From NCBI RefSeq assembly GCF_009834535.1, contig NC_045696.1:66032001-66096000 (forward strand): DNA of 64,000 nt. The letters run 5' to 3'. How positions within the stretch are numbered: the stretch's first letter is position 1; every line of letters starts with the position of its first letter. A program made the position numbers and the translations under genes. The notes beneath the pieces are model-generated. The model worked only from the letters and a program-made list of their open reading frames with translations. It was not told the DNA's origin and searched no databases. Shown here piece after piece: positions 24,801 to 36,849 of the stretch. This DNA is from Camelus ferus (taxonomy: Eukaryota).

Positions 24801-27800
24801 TATAAATCAAAATAAGGATGAAGGGAACTCTGCTTTTGGTAATGATAAAATAGATTGTATTAGTTCAATTTTCTTACAGATAACAATTATAAACATCGGA
24901 CAAAATTAAGAAGAAACAATAGAAGGCACTGAGGAGTGACAAAAAAGAGACAAACTGGAGGTGAGTCTGTCCTTGAAAGAGGGAAATATACTGGGTGAAC
25001 TTTGTATTAATGCAGCTCTCTGCCTGAGGGAATGCTCCAGTTTGATCATGTAGTGTGGTTAGAATCCAGGTACAAAGACACAATTTGAAGAGAAATGGGC
25101 AGAGTTTGAGGCTACTGCAGTGGCTGAAAAGTGAAATGGGTAATCCTGAGAAAGAGGGAGTCACACAGGGAGAACTATAAAAATCTGTATATTACAGCAC
25201 CCAAACTTTTGGCTGACACTTGAACCACATAAATGCAGGATACAAGCCAGATAGCCCAAAGAAAAGCAACAGATAGAAGGATGAAAGAACTAAGCCAAGG
25301 TTTCCACTGCTGTCAAACACAGGGGAAAAGAGTTTGAATGTTGACTCCAGACAAGCTAACTGACTGCTACAACAAAGATCATGTTTCATTGGAAGATAAG
25401 AGTATTCAATGTCTTTACAACATATTAGGAAAATGTCCAGTATAATATAAAAAGTGATGAAACATTAAAAACAAGAAAATATGATCAGTAGTTTAAAAAT
25501 ATCAATACAAACAAACTCTAAGATGAGCTAGAAGTTGGAGTTAGCAGGCAGGAACTTTAAAGCAGATATGCAATAAATATGTTCAAGTACTTAAAAGAAA
25601 ATACAGTTATAATGAATAGAGAGATGGTGACTGAGATATGGAAGCTTAAAAGAAAAAACTGAATGGAAATCGTAGACCTAACATTTACAATATCTGAAAT
25701 AAAATATTCACTGTATGAACTTAACAGTAGATTGGAGGTGGCAGAATAATGTGTAGGTGAACTTGAAGATAGGTCAATAGGAAATTCCAAGTCTGAAGGT
25801 CAATGAGAAAAAAGCGATGGAAATAAGAGGAACAGAATCACAGTTATCTTTAAGACAGTATCAAAGAGTTTAACATACATGTAATTGAAATCTCATAAAG
25901 AGAGGTAAAGGAGAATTGGATACAAAAAATTTTTTAAATAATGATGGCAGACATTTTTATAAATTTGCTAAAAAAATACAACTTATAAGTCCAAGATAAA
26001 AAAATCAAAAGAATTCAGCAAACCTCAATAATGATAGATTACAAGGAAAGCATACATAGGTATTCCCATAGTCAAACAACTGTAAACCAAAGATAAAGAG
26101 ACAGCCCTGAATGTAGACAGAGAAAAACAAACCCACTACATACAGCAGAACAATCCAAATGTTGTCTCTCTTTGGCTAATGCCACTAATATAATTAATTA
26201 TAATACACACCACATGCTGAGGACTCTTCGAGTGTTAATAATTCATTTACAATGAGGAGATATTTAACATGAGTAGTCTACAATTGTAATTTAAAAAACT
26301 CTTTGGGAGCATTCCTTCTAGATCTGACCTACTATTAAACCCAGCCCTGCGAGTGTCCTAACCTAACTTACTGTCTGCAAAGTGCCACTGCACTGTCCCA
26401 GGTGCCCAAAGGAGCAGAAAGACTCTGGCTAAACATGAGAATTAAAAACTGAAGATGTGTTTTGAAATTCATAACATCTTCCTTATGGGAGGTTCATGTT
26501 ATATTCACTGGTTTTGATCTTCTCTCTTCTGACTTCTTATCAGAAACAGGGGACACTGGAAGATGATGGAAATAGCATTTCTTAAAAATCTGTTAACAAA
26601 ATTTTATATCCACAAATTTTATATACAAAAATATCTTTCAAAAGTGAAACAAAATAAATAATTTTAGGTAAACAAGACTAAGAGTATCTGCTTCCCATAA
26701 ATATGCACTACAATAAATGTAGAAGAAGTTTTTTCAGGCTAAAGATAATAGACATCAAGTTGCAATGTGGATCTAATGCAAGAAATGGAGCGTTCGTATA
26801 TGATAAACGTGTGCATAACTATAAGACTATTTTTCTTATATAATTTCTTTAAAAGACATGGCTGTTTAGAGCAAAACGTTATAACACTATCTTGGAGTTT
26901 GTACAGTAGGCATGTATAATAAGTAAGACAAATAACACAGAGTATGGGAGATGATGCTAGAACTATACAGTTCAAAGTTACAATGCCTTTGAAGTATTCA
27001 GTGTTAGCTCTAAGTACATGGTGATAAGTTAGAAATATATATTCATTTTCTTAGAGCAACCACTAAAATACAATGCAAAAAAACAAACAAACAAAAGGAG
27101 GATTCAAATAAGATGCTAAAATTTATCTGATTCACTCAAAAGAAATCAAACATAAAAAAAGACACAGATTAAAAAAATAGAAAATTAGTAGATCTAAATA
27201 CAACCACAGAATTACATTAAAATAAATGAATGAAGTCAGACTACACATAAAGGCAAGACCTAGCTATATGTTATCTGTAAGAGATTCATTTAAACATAAA
27301 GACACATTTGGGCTAAAAGTAAAAGGATGACAAAAATATATAACATTCAAATAGTAATAATTAAAACACTGGAATGGCTGTTTTAATATCAGACAAAATC
27401 GATTTCAAGAAAAAAAGTATCTCCATGAATAAAGAGAGGGATGTCATCATTACAAAAGGTCAGTTTGTCAAGAAGATATAACAACCCTGAATGACTAAGT
27501 ATCTAATAATAGAGCTTCAAAATACAGGCATAAAAAACTGACAGAGCTAAGGAAATATAGAGAAATCCATAAACATTGCTGGAGATTTTAAGAACACTCT
27601 TTCAGCAATTGATAGAAAACTTAGATTCAAAAAATAGTAAATACATAGAATTTTGAAAACATTATCAATCATATTAGCTCATTGACATTTATGGAACATT
27701 TAACCCATTAAGTGCTGAATAAATATTATTATTAAATGCACATAGAACAAATGCCAAACAGACCATACTTTGGATCATAAAACAATACTCAATATAATTA

Positions 27801-28494
27801 AAATGTGAAATATTTTAGAGCATGTTCTGTGACTACAAATATTAGAAAGCAGTAACAAGTTATCTAAAAGTACTGAAAAAATTTGAAAACTCACTCCTAA
27901 ATGACCCACACATCAAAGAATAAATCACATGGGAAATTGGAAAACATTTTGAACTGAATTACAATTAAATACTTTGTGAGATACACTAAAACATCTAGAG
28001 GGTCATTTTCAATTTTAGACACTTGTATTAGAAAAAAAATAAAGGTAACAAATTAGTGGCTTAAATTTCCATCTTATGAAGACAGTGAAAATAAATAAAT
28101 AAACCTAGAATGTAGAAGGAAGTAATAAAGATAAGAACAACAATAAATCATATAAAAATATAAGCAATTAACATAAGAATAGTTGGTTGTTTGCAAAAAA
28201 TAGTATAATAAACTCCTAAAAGAAATAAATAATAAAAGAGAGAACACACAAATTACTAACATCAACACCAATCCAAAGATACTAAAAATTAACAATGAAA
28301 TATTATGAATCACTTTATACCAACACAGTTAATAACTTAGATTAAATCGACAAATTCCCTAGTAAACCTCATTTACCAGAAGTGGAACAAAATAAAACAA
28401 AAAATCTACAAAACACCAAGCCTATTGACTATGTTGAATTCATTACCAAAAGCTTTCACACAAAGGAAATTTAGGCCCATATGGTTTCCAAGGG

Positions 28495-28860
28495 TTTATG
28501 TGAAATTAAAAAAAAAAGACAAGTGAACTTACTTACAAAATAGAAACAGACTCACAGATGTAACTTATGGTTACAATGGGGAAAGTGGGTAGAAAGGGAT
28601 AAATTGGAAGTTCAAGATTTGCAGATACTAACTAATATAAATATATAATATATGTATTTTTATATATATAAAGTAGATAAGTTCATACTGTATAGCACAG
28701 GGAACTATATTCAATATCTTATAGTAACTTATGATGAAAAAGAATATGAAAATGAATATATGTATGCTTTATGTATGATTGAAGCATTATGCTGTACACC
28801 AGAAATTGACACAACATTGTAAACTGACTATACCTAGATAAAATATATATATAAAAGTAA
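28495..28860 (+). mobile_element. Young lineage-specific L1 3' end nested in the old L1
   Basis: tacaaaatagaaacagactcacaga...tactgtatagcacagggaactatattcaatatctt...gctgtacaccagaaattgacacaacattgtaaactgactatac. Confidence 0.85.
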
Positions 28861-29604
28861 CATAATAACAATAGGCAATGCACATACTGGCAGGAAATCT
28901 ATATGCATACATATGGATGTGTGTGTGTATATTATAAGTATATTTGCATACATATATTATCAGGAACTTGTATCTAGACTATCTCAAGAGCTCCTATAAT
29001 TCAATAATAAAAAGATTCTAAAAACTGCAGTGGAGTAAGGGAGGCAAAAATCTTGAACAGACATATGCAAATAGCCAATGCCGATAAACATATGAAGAAG
29101 TTTTAACATCATTATGCATCAAGGAAACACAAATTAAATTCATAATGTAATACCACTGCCCACCTGCTTGAATGGCTAAAATTAACAAGCCTGACAACAC
29201 CAAATATTGTATGTGAAGCAATAAGAACTCTCATATATTGGTTGTGGAGATATAAAATACCACAATCACTTTTAGAAAAGGTTTAGCAGTTTCTTACATA
29301 ATTTCAAACATATAACCACCTAAAACCAAGTAATTACACTCAGGTATTTATGCAACAAAAACGAGGGCATATTTTCTCAGAGGCCTGTACAGAATATTCA
29401 TAGATTTATTCTTAAAAACCTCAAACTGGAAACAATGATTTTTTAAAATTGTGGTATATTTTCAAAATAGAATACTGTTCAGTAACTAAAAAGGAACAAA
29501 CTACTGACGTATGCCACAGAATGGATAAAGCTCACAGATACTATACTGAGTGAAAGAGACAGATACAAAATCATATACTGTAAGATTATTTATATGAAGG
29601 TTTT

Positions 29605-29859
29605 TTAAATTTATTTTTTAAAATTTTATTTTATTGAGTTAGTCAGTTTACAATGTTGTGTCAATTTCCAGTGTAGAGCACAATTTTTCAGTCATACATA
29701 AACATGTATATATTCATTGTCACAGTCTTTTTCACTGTGAGCTACCACAAGATCTTGTATATATTTCCGTGTGCTATACAGTATAAACTTGTTTATCTGT
29801 TCTATATATATCTGTCAGTATCTACAAATTTCGAACTCCCAGTCTGTCCCTTCCCACCC
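29605..29859 (-). mobile_element. Young L1 3' end in antisense, same family as 62578-63002
   Basis: The reverse complement closely matches ~62770-62990 (tgtgctctacactggaa.ttgacacaacattgtaaa; caagatctt.tggtagctcacag). Imperfect TSD tatatg(a/g)ag.tttt near 29591 and 29860. Confidence 0.88.
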
Positions 29860-30542
29860 TATATGGAGTTTTAGAGAAGGGAAATCTTATAATTAAAAAA
29901 AAAGGTTGCCTCTGGCAGAGGACGAAGAGAAGGGAATGAGAATTGACTGATAAGGGGCCCAAGGAAAGTTTCTGGAATGGTGGAATTATTCTATATGTTG
30001 ATTAGGGTGGTGATTATATAGATGTACATGTATATATGTACGTGTATATGCATATACACACACATATACAATGTTATCAATACATTTAACATGGAAATTT
30101 TAGTTGATGTAAATTACATCAAAATAAATTTATTTTTAATACACACAATATTTTAAAATTACTTTTTACACATACAATACACATTGCATAGAAGATCACA
30201 GCAGTACAAATGACTGCTGACTTCTCACCGGAAGTCTTTCAGGTGTTAAAGATGAACAAAACAAAACTGTCTATCTTGAATTCCATATTCAGCAAAATTA
30301 TCCCTCAAAATACTTTTTCGGAACGACGAAAATCAGAGAATTTGTTTCCAGCTGACCTACACTATTGAAAACTTTTCAAAATGCTAACTGAAATTATCCA
30401 GGCTGAAAAAAAAAAAGACCAGATGGAACTCTGGATCAGCAGGAAGAAATGCAGAACATCAGAATAGATACATATCTGGGCAAATATAAAAATACTTCTC
30501 AGAAAGTATCTTATTTTTATTTGTAGTTTTAAATTTAAAATG

Positions 30543-30766
30543 CAGTTGTCCCTCATCACCAGAAGGGGATTGGTTCCAATACCCGCCTCAGTTTCCCAAA
30601 TCTGAGGATGCTTAAATCCCATAGTTCGCCCTCCTCCCCATAGACAAGGTTCCACGTCTGTGGATTCAACAAGCTGGGGATCGTGCACTACTGTACTATT
30701 TACGGAAGAAAATCCACTGCTAAACAGACCCACACAGTTCAACCTGTACTGTTCAAGGGTCAACTA
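30543..30766 (+). mobile_element. Tigger-derived MITE (MER8/MER2-like, TcMar)
   Basis: Terminal inverted repeats cagttgtccct ... agggtcaacta, with internal ggggattggttcca, aaatctgaggatgct and gacccacacagttcaa. Confidence 0.85.
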
Positions 30767-32019
30767 TACTATTAACTATTTAAAATAATAACAAAATATT
30801 ATGATGTATAATGTATGTATATGATGTATAATCCCAAGTATGTATTGGACGTTAAGGTGACTAGAGGCAATGCTGGAAACTTCTGTAACTGTAATCAGTC
30901 ATGTGGGACTCCAGCATCAGGTTGAAGAGCGAAGACTCATGATAGCAGAGAGAAGGGGCAGGGGGAACCTATGCATCTACACCTTTGCTTACACTATTTG
31001 AACCATTAGTCAAATCTCAGTGGGTCCTGTCTTACCTCTAAACTTCCAGTTATAAATAAGTCAGTGTTTGTAGTCCAAAGTATCCTATCCAAAACAGTGA
31101 AAAATAAACATACAATTGCTAAGTTAAATAAGTAAACACAACTCTGCAAATAAATTAGAAAATGAGTCCCTATCAGCAGACAATGAGGAATCTGAGTGTC
31201 TCAGTCACCTCCTGCAGCAAAGCTAATATTGAGGAAGCATTCAGCTTTCTCTAGACCCTCAGGGGGAGAATGTCGACTTTATGATCATCAAAGATGAAAT
31301 TTTAGATTTTTGCCTTTTGAATTTTTTAATTGTAGCTAAACTAGTCTCAGTTGTGTCTTGAGTCAAACAGAGGTACTTTATTAAACTCCAGTTTATTCTT
31401 TCGGTTGCCACTCTGGTATCCTCTACCTCTGGGTAAAGCTGTTTACCATGTCCAGTCGGAATAAACTCTCTCACATGCACCTCCTCCTCCTCTTCTACCC
31501 TTCCTTGTATCTGTTACTCTGTATTGTAATTAATTTTTTTCTTCATTTATTAACTCAACCAATTGACATGCTGCTCGAAGATAAGGTTCATGCTTTACAC
31601 ATCTTCATATTCTTCATGTCTGGTTTAGTGTCTGCTTGAGTGAATGTTGAAATAAATTGAATTGAATCATAATCAGATGAAATCTAATCAAATAAAATTT
31701 ATGTGTCTGTGACAATATTGATCTTTTTAAAAATCTACCATTAGGGTTTCTTGGACCCACGTGTGTATGTGTATGGTTAAGTTTTTCAAATGAAAAGCAA
31801 TAGAGACTCTGTTTAGTTACTTGAAGTAAAGTGAGTTTATTTTAAGGACTTGTGTGTCAGTAAATGATGAAAGTGCTCAGATGAACCTGGAATATTGGTT
31901 GCTCAGTTTTTTTTGCAAACTCTAGGTATGGAGTTGTTTGCTGATATCTAGCCGAAGCAAGAGCGCACGACCTTTACTTCAGTGATCTACTGCTGGTATG
32001 AATTTACTGCTTCTGATGA

Positions 32020-33950
32020 AAAATAGAGACATTTAAAAAATTAAAGCACTAACATGATTAAAAATACTCATGTACTCATCACTCAGACTTGACAACTGAT
32101 AACATTGTCATATTTGATTCAAGTCTCTTTTTTCCTAATAGAAACAAACCACTGTATGCAAAATTGAGCACATTTCCAAGCATTTTCATTCCCAGTTTTC
32201 TTGCTCTTTTCTACAAGCAACCACTAATATGAATTTAGAGTGAACCATTTTCTTTGTTTTTACTTACACATATATAAATGTATATCCATAATCCATATAT
32301 AGTGACTGCATTTTGAATTTTTGAAGAGATTATACTTTATTACTCACTAATGTATTTGCACTTATTTTTACAATCTTAATTTGTATTATCTCTTTACCAT
32401 GCTTTTCTTCCCCCTCCATTCCTTGCCTTCTATCGGACTGATAAAACTGCTTTTTTATTATGTACAACTAAACATCATGCTGTACACCAAAAATTGACAC
32501 AACATTGTAAACTGACTATACTTCAATAACAAAAAAACAGAAAAAAAGAATTGCCTTTTTATCTGTACTATCAATATTTTCCCTCTGTATCAATCTACTA
32601 CTTTTACAGTTATATATTTATATTCTTCTGAGTGGCTTCTATTATATTTTAATATACCTAAAATATTGCTCAATGTGTCTTTCTTCTAAACAAGAAAAAA
32701 AAATGTGTCCCCTTTAGCAACCATCTTAATTACTCCTCTCCAATCTTTCACGTTATTATTTAGTATTTTAATTCCACCTCATTCTTTACACATGCAAAAA
32801 AATTGTTATTTTGAAATTGTATTTAACATTTGTGCTTATTTATTAACGTATTTATTTAATCATTTGCTCACACTTGCTTCTTGGATTTTACCACTTCCTT
32901 CTGGGTTTACTTATTTTCCTGCTTAAGTATATTTCCTACTTATCAATTCCATGGACAGTGCTTTCACTTAGCATTTGTTGTTGTTGTTGTTTTTTGTAAT
33001 GTCTTTATTTTATCCACAGATTTGAATTATGGTTAGCAGGGTATATAATTTTAGGGCGACAGTTTTATTTTTCCCTCAGTGCTTTGATAATATTATTCCA
33101 AAAGTCAGCTAGCCTCAACTTGGCTGATAAGAAATTCACTGACAGTCAAAAATTACTCAATTTGGTATCACTATCTTCTGTTCTTTTTCATTTTTATAGG
33201 TTAGTTTTGATCATTTTCAGCACTTAGAACACATAAACACACTAATTTTAAAGTTTATTATTTTTCTCTTTCCTGTGATCCCACACATATATATGTTCCC
33301 ATTTGTGAGTCTGCTGTCTGCCTTTCTACTTTTCAGGTTCGTAAGAACATCTTCAGTGCTCAGCTTTGGGGAGTCGTGTGCAAATTCTGAGAACTGGGAT
33401 TTCCTCTATGGGACGCTTTTATAGTTGCCTCTGCTCAGGCCTTACAGGTGGAATGGCTCCAAATTTTATACCAGATTTTTTTACTTTGGGTTCTTTCAAA
33501 TAGTTCTGGTGATATAAATTTGGGCTGCACACATGTATAGGACTAAGATCTCAATCTCTTGCTGGCGACTTGATTCATGTCTGTGATCTCAAGAGCCATT
33601 GCTCAGTGGGCAGAAATTTCAGAGATTTTAGGACCCTACACATATACAGTACAGTATTTATTTGGTTTCTGATTTATACTAAAGCCCAGATACATTCCTT
33701 ACTATATGTGCAGACTAAAGTCTTGACCAATTTTTGCAGGTAGCATTAAAAATTCAGGTCACTAATGCGTACAGTTTTACTCTCCCAGAGACAGCACGGC
33801 TCAGTTCTCGCTCAGAGCTGTGGCTCTGGGATTAGTTTTCATTTCCGGCATCTGTCTGTTTCCCTTTCTTGCTTTAAAGCCTAGCTGCTTTTGATTTATT
33901 TGAAGTACATTAGCCAGCATTACTATGTACTCAAAGTAAGAGCAAGAGCT
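32020..33950 (-). mobile_element. Ancient L1 (L1ME-like) fragments, containing a ~90-bp young L1 tail at about 32460-32550 (+)
   Basis: T-rich antisense motifs (aatgtctttatttt...agggtatataattttagggcgacag). The nested tail reads atgctgtacaccaaaaattgacacaacattgtaaactgactatac followed by an A-rich run. Confidence 0.55.
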
Positions 33951-34394
33951 TCTGCTCTGTTAAGTCTGTGTTTTAGCCCAGAAGTCTAGCTCTTCTATTC
34001 CCTCAGTCTGCTTCTTTCTGAGTGTCTACCTCATCGTGGCCGTTGCCTCTGTGAGCAGATTTTTCATGCTAGACCATATCGTACATTAGCAGCCAGTGTA
34101 TAAATTTGCTGCTTTCTGGCTAGTCTGAATCAGTGAGCTGACTCAAAGAACAACCTAAGTGAGCTTCATTTAGTAGAGGTAATAGGTTGGGGCTGGGAAA
34201 GATATTGGGCCTGGTAGGCACGATTATTAACATATGTAGCATAGTCTGTAATATACAGCTCAGACTTACGAAATGAGTAATAGATTGGATGTCTCTTTAG
34301 AAATAAGAGTAATTGTCCCATAATAGATATGCAAATTTTCTTTTTGAAAGAGTGAGTAAATCAGTGAATGAATGGTCTGTGTTTTTACATAGGC

Positions 34395-34585
34395 TCTGCA
34401 GTCATTTGATCTGAGCAAATACTTCTCTGTTCCTCAATTTCCTCAACTTCAAAATAGTGAGAATAAATTTAGCTCTGCCTACTTCACAGGTTGTCGTGAG
34501 AACAGACTCATAAGGAGGCAGAGTATGTGGAAATATTTTGAAACTGTAAAATGCTACATGAATGTGATTTATTGCTATTGCCATT
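34395..34585 (+). mobile_element. MIR SINE
   Basis: tctctgttcctcaatttcctcaacttcaaaatag...cctacttcacaggttgtcgtgagaa. Confidence 0.75.
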
Positions 34586-36849
34586 GCCATCACACAGCAG
34601 GAAGTTACGTTTGGATTCACAAGACCATTTACGTCGTCTTATTATAATCTGTGAACTGTAATGACAAAATAATAAAGCTTATTAATCATCAGGCCATTCT
34701 CAGTCATATTTCATTATCCTAATAAGTCAAATGGCACCAAAAATATAAGCAGCCACTTAAGAATCATGTTGATTTGAAATGTTAGGAGACAGTTTAATTG
34801 GTGAAGAAAACTAGGTCTTTGGAACCTGATTTCTTTGGTTTTTCAAATACTAGTTCTGCCACTTGATGGCTGTTTAAGCTTGGGGAAATTTTTCTGAATC
34901 TTGGTTATCTGATTTTTGAAATGAGGATAATTTCCCAGCTTCTTTGTCATCATATGGTGACTGAATGACATGATGCGTGTCAGTGAGGGTGGGTAGATCC
35001 CACTACCCTTCATCTCCTCCCTCCAGCCAGTACCCTGCTACCTCCCAAGGTAATGCTGTACGGCGAGTTTTAAAGTCAGAGATTGAAAAGGGCTACAAAG
35101 TTGGAAGAAAATATTTTACCCTTTTAAAGAAAAACACTGTCCATATGCACAACAATTTATAAAGTACACAGCTGTTGCTTTTTTTGGTACAGTTTTATCA
35201 ATGAAAGCCATCAGAAATATGCTTAAAAAGATGGTCACTATCTGTGGTTAATTAAACTTTATGGCCAATCACTATGGCCTGTTTCATGCAATTAATGTAA
35301 TTCCCTGAATAATTCTGAATGCAGACCCGCAGCCTAGGATTTTCCAGATGAAGCTGTGTGGAACAAAATAATGCAGTGTGTTACAGACAGGCTGTTGAAA
35401 GTTGTGGTATTTTAATTTTATCTCTTTTAACTCTTCAAAAGTTAATTGTTTCACAGAAATAACTAACATGTTACGTCTTTGATCTGCTCTTTAAAGTAAG
35501 TAAGTATGCAGAGTATTTGGAGAAGTTCTGTCTGTGCCTTTTATGTGTAACCTTTCTCTGTTCTGTTCTGGGTTGTTGCTGAATTCACAATAATTGATTA
35601 ATTAATTGACTTATAACTCTGAATAAAAATTTGAAAATTCTGAATAAAATATGTTGAAAACTGTTCCTAAGGGTAAGCAGTTTGATGAAATGTAATAGGA
35701 AGCAGACTTCTTTGAAATATTTTGATTTTAAACTTTTCTTTGTTTTTCTCAAGGGCAGGTTTTGTCTTCAGACTATGTGACTTGTGTTGAATATGGGCAC
35801 CGTCATGATTGAACGAACCTTTAATTGTAGACTTTGGGTGGCTTTCACGAGGAAGAAGAATTTCCCCTTAATTAAATATCTTTGTCTAATTATCTCTGCG
35901 TTAATGACTTGACTGCTGCTATTCATCATGAGGGAATCATAAGTAAAGGATTAGAGCTGAGGAGATCAGTCCTAGACGAGCAAGGTCTTTTCTCCTCACT
36001 AGGAAACTCTCTGTTTCTTTTCTGGGTCCTAGAAGGCCTGGTAATTCTCAGGGGCTTAGGTTTTGATTACTGGACATGGGACTTCTGACTCTCCTTTATT
36101 TGAAGTAATTATATTAGTCATGGTTCTTTTATTTATAAATGGAAGATACCCACTCCAACTGTCTTAAGGGGGTAAAAAAAGGACATTTATTGGTTCACAT
36201 GATTTAAAAGTCTAGGGATAAAAAGTGCTTTAGATATTGTATTGCTGGATCTAAAAACTCAAAATAGGTCTTCAGGAGTCCTTCCCTCTTCCATCTCTTG
36301 GCTCCTCTGTTGGCTTTATTTAGGTGATCTCTTCCCACAAAGCAGGGAAGTTCATAGCAGCTCCTGTTCTCTCAGTAACCCCATCAGAAGATCATTTTTC
36401 TTTCTGAAAATCCTAATAGTAATCTCATATCAAGTTCTTTGGGCTGATTTGGACCATGTGGCTTTTATAAACTAATTACCGAGGCCAGGAAAACACCACC
36501 AGTGGGCTTAAATCATATACACTCTTCTGGATCTAATCATAACTATAAAACAAGGATTGAGAGAAGGAAAGCATTGGATACCCTAGAAATTAGAATGTTA
36601 TTACTGTGAAAAGGAGGAATGGTAATTGAGATGTAAAAAAAAAGTCATCATCATGCATTCACCAAGAGTGTAATATTTGAGTTGAGCCTAAAATAATAAA
36701 TAAATCAAAAGTTCCAAAAGGTAGAACAAGTAGTTGCAGGAGATAGAGCAGTGGGCATCTCGGCCAAAGAGGACAGGAAGACATAGGGATTTAAAGAGCA
36801 TCATAGTTTGGAGAAATGGGTGTAGGTTGCTTTTGTGGCTAAATCTCAT

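Larger units (their letters stand above)
24825..30130 (+). mobile_element. Old, internally deleted L1 (L1M-type) spanning 5' region, ORF1, ORF2 start and 3' end, with nested insertions
   Basis: A-rich strand. ORF1-like gaacttaacagtagattggaggtggcagaa...gaacttgaagataggtcaatag; endonuclease-like ctggaatggctgttttaatatcagacaaaatcgatttcaag; 3' motifs gtggtatatt...aatagaatactgttcag. Confidence 0.85.

Noticed and set aside
30362..30763. 133-aa minus-strand ORF
   Set aside because: Spans a Tigger MITE and an L1 fragment; a chance open frame.
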